In this document: positions 60,353-64,000 of the stretch, piece by piece
Layout of the letters: the number at the start of each line of letters is the position of its first letter
Numbering within the stretch: position 1 is the first letter of the stretch
Assembly: GCA_039944855.1 (NCBI GenBank)
Contig: JBDUXZ010000020.1
Span: 377,145-441,144 of the forward strand
Length of the DNA stretch: 64,000 nucleotides
Origin: Rhodothermales bacterium
Lineage (GTDB): Bacteria; Bacteroidota; Rhodothermia; Rhodothermales; JANQRZ01
Direction of reading: 5' to 3'
Position numbers and translations under genes: made by a program
The notes under the pieces: generated by a model
The model's database searches: none
What the model was told of the DNA's origin: nothing
What the model saw: the letters and a program-made list of their open reading frames with translations, nothing else

Positions 60353-61600
60353 ATGCCTGCCCGCTGGCCCCGCCCGCTGACGCCGCACCGCCGCCGCGCC
60401 CTCGCTTGTGAGATCGAGGAGGAACTGCGGACGCACCTCGCGCTGCGGGCCGACGACAACCGCCGCGCGGGGATGGCCCCCGCCGAGGCCGAGGCTGACG
60501 CGCTCGACCGCTTCGGCGACGTGGAGCACATCGCGGCGGCCTGCCTCTGGGCCGAGCAGACGCATCCGTTGCGCGAGGTGCAGCGGCTTGTCGTGACCGG
60601 GCTCGTGTTCGCCGTCGGGTTCGGGGCGTTCGCCGCCGCGTTCTCGCTCGCCGTCGCCGTCTTCGTCCGCCCGCTCCGTTTCGACGACGCCGACAGGCTC
60701 GTCCGGTCCGGGGCGGGCTGGGAGGACGCGCTCGTCCCGCCGGACGTCGTCGCGCGGTGGCAGGCGGAGGGCACCAGCTTCGAGCGCCTGACGGCGTTCA
60801 ACGCGCTGGATTTGGCCCTCGGCGGTGACGCGCCCGACGAGCGGGTCGAGGTGATGCTCATCAGCGACGACTACTTCCGTGTCTTCCGCGTCGCGCCCAT
60901 CGTGGGTCGCACCCTCAGCCACGGCGAGCGCGAGGAGATTCTGATCAGCGACGGACTCTGGGAGCGACGGTTCCAGCGGAGCCGTTCGGCGCTCGGCGCG
61001 ACGCTCGACCTCGACGGGCAGCCGCACACGGTCGTCGGGGTGATGCCCGAGGCGGCCCAGCTCTCGCACCGCGTCGACCTGTGGCACCGGCTCCCGGCGT
61101 CGTGGCCGGCCGACCGGGGGCTCTACGTCGTCGGCCGGCTCCGCGAGGGCGTGACGCTGGCGGAGGTCCGCGCCGAAGTCGCGCCGCTGACGATCGCGCA
61201 GGCCCCCACGCTCCACCCGCTGAAGCAGCTCTATGCTGACCCCGTTCGTCCCATGGCTTGGCGAGCGTTCGGCCTGTCGGCCCTCGTGCTGCTGGCGCTG
61301 GCGTTCGCGGCGCTGCGGCACGCGCATGGTCGCGCGCGTCGGGCCGCACTCTACGGCGGCGACGACGCCGACCCGGCGGTGCAGATCGGGATGGCGGTGG
61401 GGGCCGCGCTCGCCGGCCTCGTCCTCGCGCATGCCACGCAGGCGCTGGTCTACGACGACCTCCTCGGCCGGTGGGGCCCGATGTTCGACCGCGGGCTCGA
61501 CGGACCCGTCGTGCTCGGCGTGCTTGGGGTCGGGCTCGCCGTGGGGGTGTTGCTCGTGGCGGGCTCACAGCAGAGAGGGGGGGTGCGGCACCGGGCATGA
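60353..61600 (+). CDS. Permease-prefix-domain protein with a MacB_PCD-like periplasmic domain (half-size, divergent ADOP/FtsX-like)
   Basis: The N-terminus EIEEELRTHLALRADDNRRAGMAPAEAEADALDRFGDVEHI is the prefix typical of PadR-linked FtsX permeases. It continues with a TM helix, a ~200-aa periplasmic domain and 3 weakly conserved TM helices. Only 415 aa. Confidence 0.65.
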   Translation: MPARWPRPLTPHRRRALACEIEEELRTHLALRADDNRRAGMAPAEAEADALDRFGDVEHIAAACLWAEQTHPLREVQRLVVTGLVFAVGFGAFAAAFSLAVAVFVRPLRFDDADRLVRSGAGWEDALVPPDVVARWQAEGTSFERLTAFNALDLALGGDAPDERVEVMLISDDYFRVFRVAPIVGRTLSHGEREEILISDGLWERRFQRSRSALGATLDLDGQPHTVVGVMPEAAQLSHRVDLWHRLPASWPADRGLYVVGRLREGVTLAEVRAEVAPLTIAQAPTLHPLKQLYADPVRPMAWRAFGLSALVLLALAFAALRHAHGRARRAALYGGDDADPAVQIGMAVGAALAGLVLAHATQALVYDDLLGRWGPMFDRGLDGPVVLGVLGVGLAVGVLLVAGSQQRGGVRHRA

Positions 61601-61642
61601 GGCGCGCAACCCGGGTCGGAGGATGGGGCACGATCATTCCCC

Positions 61643-61671
61643 TTGATAGACTAGGTGTGGGTTCCTATTCT
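61643..61671 (+). promoter_or_regulatory. Sigma-70-like promoter candidate, similar to the PadR promoter
   Basis: TTGATA-17 nt-TATTCT, 36 nt before ATG 61707. It is preceded by the same TTCCCCTTGA context as at 59935. Confidence 0.3.
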
Positions 61672-61706
61672 ACCCTAGACTCTCTAGGCAACAGACCCCT
61701 CGCTTC

Positions 61707-62906
61707 ATGCGCATCGCTACGCTCGGCCTCCTCCTCCTCGGTTTCACAGGGGCCGTCTCGGCCCAGACCGTGACCACGTTCACCGAACCGTTCACCGCGA
61801 GCGGTGGCGTCTCCGTCGGTCCGGACGGCGACATCTACGTCGCCGATTTCGGGCGCTTCCTCAACCAGAACGGCGGCACGACGGTCTACCGCGTCACGCC
61901 GGAGGGCGACGTCTCCGTCTTCGCCACGGGCTTCGCCGGAGCGTCGGGCAACGCGTTCGACGCCGAAGGCAACCTCTTCCAGTCGAACATCGGCGGCAAC
62001 CGGATCTCGAAGATCACACCCGACGGAACGGTGACGACATACGCGACGGAAGGTATCGTCGCGCCCGTCGGCGTCGCCGTTGATGCCGCGGGGAACGTGT
62101 ACAACACGAACTGCCAGTCGCCGGGCCGCATCTCGAAGACGACGCCCGACGGCACCACGACGACGTTCGCGTCGAGCCCGCTGATGAGCTGCCCCAACGG
62201 CCTCACGATCGATGACGACGGCAACCTCTACACGGCCAACTTCAACAACGGCCGCATCGTCAAGATCACGCCGGACGGGGCGGCGAGCGAACTCGTTTCG
62301 CTCTCGAATGCGCCGATCGGCAACGGGCACCTCACGTTCGCGAACGGACGGCTCTACGTCTGCAACTGGGGCGGCTTCATCTACGAGGTGACGCTCGGCG
62401 GCGTCGCGCGCGTGCTCGCCGGCTCGGGCACCGGCCTCGCCGACGGCCCGGCGGCCGAGGCGCAGTTCTTCCGTCCGAACGGCATCTCGGCGAGCATGAC
62501 GGGTGATACGCTGTACCTCAACCAGACGGCCGAACTCGTCGCGCTCCCGCAGATCCACCCGAACACGGTGCGGATGATCACAGGCGTACGGCAGACGGTG
62601 GACGCCGCCGACGAAGCACCGGACGCCGACGGTCTCGGCCTCGCTCCGAGCGCGCCGAACCCGTTCCGCTCGGCCACGCGGATCGCGTACACGCTGCCGC
62701 ATCCGATGCCGGTCTCGCTCCGCGTGTACGACGTGCTCGGGCGCCCCGTCCGCACGCTCGTCGAGCGGGTCGAGGCGGGGGGCACGCACGAGGTGCGGTG
62801 GGACGGGCGGAGCGACGGTGGGCAGCGGCTCGCCGCGGGCCTGTACCTCTACGCGCTCGCCGGGCTCGACCGCCGCGTCGTGCAGCGGGTGACGCTGTTG
62901 CGGTGA
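61707..62906 (+). CDS. Secreted NHL/SMP-30-like beta-propeller protein with a T9SS C-terminal sorting domain
   Basis: Signal peptide. Six repeats of the type G.A.D..GN.Y.....N.I.KITPDG. C-terminal CTD APNPFRSATRIAYTLPHPMPVSLRVYDVLGRPVRTL...GLYLYAL...VQRVTLLR. Confidence 0.8.
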   Translation: MRIATLGLLLLGFTGAVSAQTVTTFTEPFTASGGVSVGPDGDIYVADFGRFLNQNGGTTVYRVTPEGDVSVFATGFAGASGNAFDAEGNLFQSNIGGNRISKITPDGTVTTYATEGIVAPVGVAVDAAGNVYNTNCQSPGRISKTTPDGTTTTFASSPLMSCPNGLTIDDDGNLYTANFNNGRIVKITPDGAASELVSLSNAPIGNGHLTFANGRLYVCNWGGFIYEVTLGGVARVLAGSGTGLADGPAAEAQFFRPNGISASMTGDTLYLNQTAELVALPQIHPNTVRMITGVRQTVDAADEAPDADGLGLAPSAPNPFRSATRIAYTLPHPMPVSLRVYDVLGRPVRTLVERVEAGGTHEVRWDGRSDGGQRLAAGLYLYALAGLDRRVVQRVTLLR

Positions 62907-62907
62907 G

Positions 62908-64000
62908 CTATTCGTAACGGAGAGACTCGACGGGGTCGGCCGAGGCGGCGCGGAGGGCCTGGGCGCTGACGGCGACGAGCGCAATCGCGAGGGCCGCGAG
63001 CCCGGCGGCGACGAACACGCCGAGCCCGAGGTCGATCCGGTACGCGAACCCGTCGAGCCACCGGCTCACGACGAGGTAGGCGAGCGGCACGGCCACCACG
63101 AACGCGACGCCGACAAAGCGGAGGAAGTCCTTCGAGAGCAGCGCGAGGATCGACGACACGCTCGCGCCGAGCACCTTGCGGATGCCGATCTCTTTCGTCC
63201 GCTGCTGCACCGCAAAGGCGACGAGCCCGAACAGTCCCATGGCTGCAATCGCAAGCGCGAGGAGGGTGAAGAACGACACGGCCCGCCCGAGCATCCGCTC
63301 CTGCGCCGCGAGCGCCGCGAAGTTGTCGTCGAGGAAGCGGGTGCGGAGGGGCTCGTCCGGCGCGAAGCCCTGCCAGAGTGTTTGCATCCGGTCGAGGAAG
63401 TCGGCCGTGTCCGCGCCGCCGAAGCGCACGATCAGCTGGCTCCCTCCGGGGGCGTACTGTACGACGGTCGGCTCGATCCGCTCGCGCAGCGACCGGAAGT
63501 GGAAGTCGCTCACGACGCCGACCACGACCTCATCCTCGTTGACGACCTGCCCGATGGGGTCCGCGCCGAGGCCGAGCACCGCTACGGCGGCCTCGTTGAG
63601 GATGAGCGCGCTGCTGTCCGAGGCGAGGTCGCTGGAGAAGGGGCGCCCGGCGACGAGGCGCATCCCGAGGGCGGAGAGGTAGTGCTCGTCGCCCCGGAAG
63701 GTCTGAAGCGTCAGCGCCTCCTCCATCGTCGGGGTCTGGTAGGTGTACATCATCACGCCCGAGCCGGTCGGAACGCGCCCGGCGAGGCTGGTCTCCTCGA
63801 CGTGGGGCAGCGCGTCGAGCGACCGCCGGAACGCTTCGCCCCGGTCGCCGAGCACGCCCATATTCTCGACGAAAACCACGCCGTCCGGCGCGAGCCCTTT
63901 GTCGACGCGCTGCATGAACGTGAGCTGCTGGTAGACCACGAGGCTCCCCACGACGAGCACGATCGCGATGGCGAACTGCCCGACGACGAGCGCGCCGCGC
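62908..64000 (-). CDS. MacB/FtsX-type ABC permease, C-terminal ~360 codons (gene continues beyond the window)
   Basis: The frame stays open to the window edge. The second MacB_PCD and FtsX module carries EIGIRKVLGA and the C-terminus DPVESLRYE, paralogous to the three complete permeases. Confidence 0.85.
   Translation of the reverse strand, partial: RGALVVGQFAIAIVLVVGSLVVYQQLTFMQRVDKGLAPDGVVFVENMGVLGDRGEAFRRSLDALPHVEETSLAGRVPTGSGVMMYTYQTPTMEEALTLQTFRGDEHYLSALGMRLVAGRPFSSDLASDSSALILNEAAVAVLGLGADPIGQVVNEDEVVVGVVSDFHFRSLRERIEPTVVQYAPGGSQLIVRFGGADTADFLDRMQTLWQGFAPDEPLRTRFLDDNFAALAAQERMLGRAVSFFTLLALAIAAMGLFGLVAFAVQQRTKEIGIRKVLGASVSSILALLSKDFLRFVGVAFVVAVPLAYLVVSRWLDGFAYRIDLGLGVFVAAGLAALAIALVAVSAQALRAASADPVESLRYE

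Noticed and set aside
55838-62984. Shadow ORFs 55838-57922 (+), 57258-57926 (-), 58033-60069 (-), 59963-61432 (-), 60945-61637 (-), 61665-62984 (-)
   Set aside because: They are antisense to the permease, CRTAC1-like, PadR/prefix and NHL genes. ORFs 57258-57926 and 51692-54238 extend over the conserved upstream DNA element, which explains the shared WALAH-like peptide. That similarity is at the DNA level and is regulatory, not coding.

Overview
High-GC (about 70% by hand counts) chromosomal segment. It probably comes from a Rhodothermia/Bacteroidota-type bacterium, because four encoded proteins end in a Por/T9SS C-terminal sorting domain. I can support about 50 protein genes. I recognised no rRNA, tRNA, CRISPR array, transposase or integrase. 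Housekeeping anchors are smc, clpB, pgi, a GH13 amylase, an M1 aminopeptidase, an arfB-like ribosome rescue factor and an ACBP.

Accessory content:
- an ECF sigma factor paired with a Ser/Thr kinase carrying TPR repeats
- a hybrid histidine kinase
- a bacterial CDC48-type double AAA+ ATPase lying divergent to an M90 peptidase
- a low-GC islet carrying DUF433, a small PTP and DUF2971
- four MacB/FtsX-type permease paralogues, one ATPase and a PadR pair, interleaved with T9SS cargo genes

Observations most worth a second look:
1. A 59-codon ORF at 42901-43080 (-) is below the ORF-track cutoff. It matches the lasso-peptide leader/core architecture position by position, is bracketed by strong hairpins, and has no maturation enzymes in the window.
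2. A bipartite element is conserved upstream of two permease genes. It consists of a sigma-54-like -24/-12 motif at identical spacing from both start codons, plus a 13-bp tandem direct repeat with 21-bp periodicity about 50 nt further upstream.
3. An uncharacterised 92-aa cytoplasmic protein is wedged between two permease genes. A secreted protein with an internal tandem duplication lies divergent to that operon.
4. The foreign-composition islet sits next to the 3' end of smc.

All family assignments come from motif recognition by eye. Nothing was searched against a database. Many long ORFs in the track are GC-driven shadow frames and were rejected.
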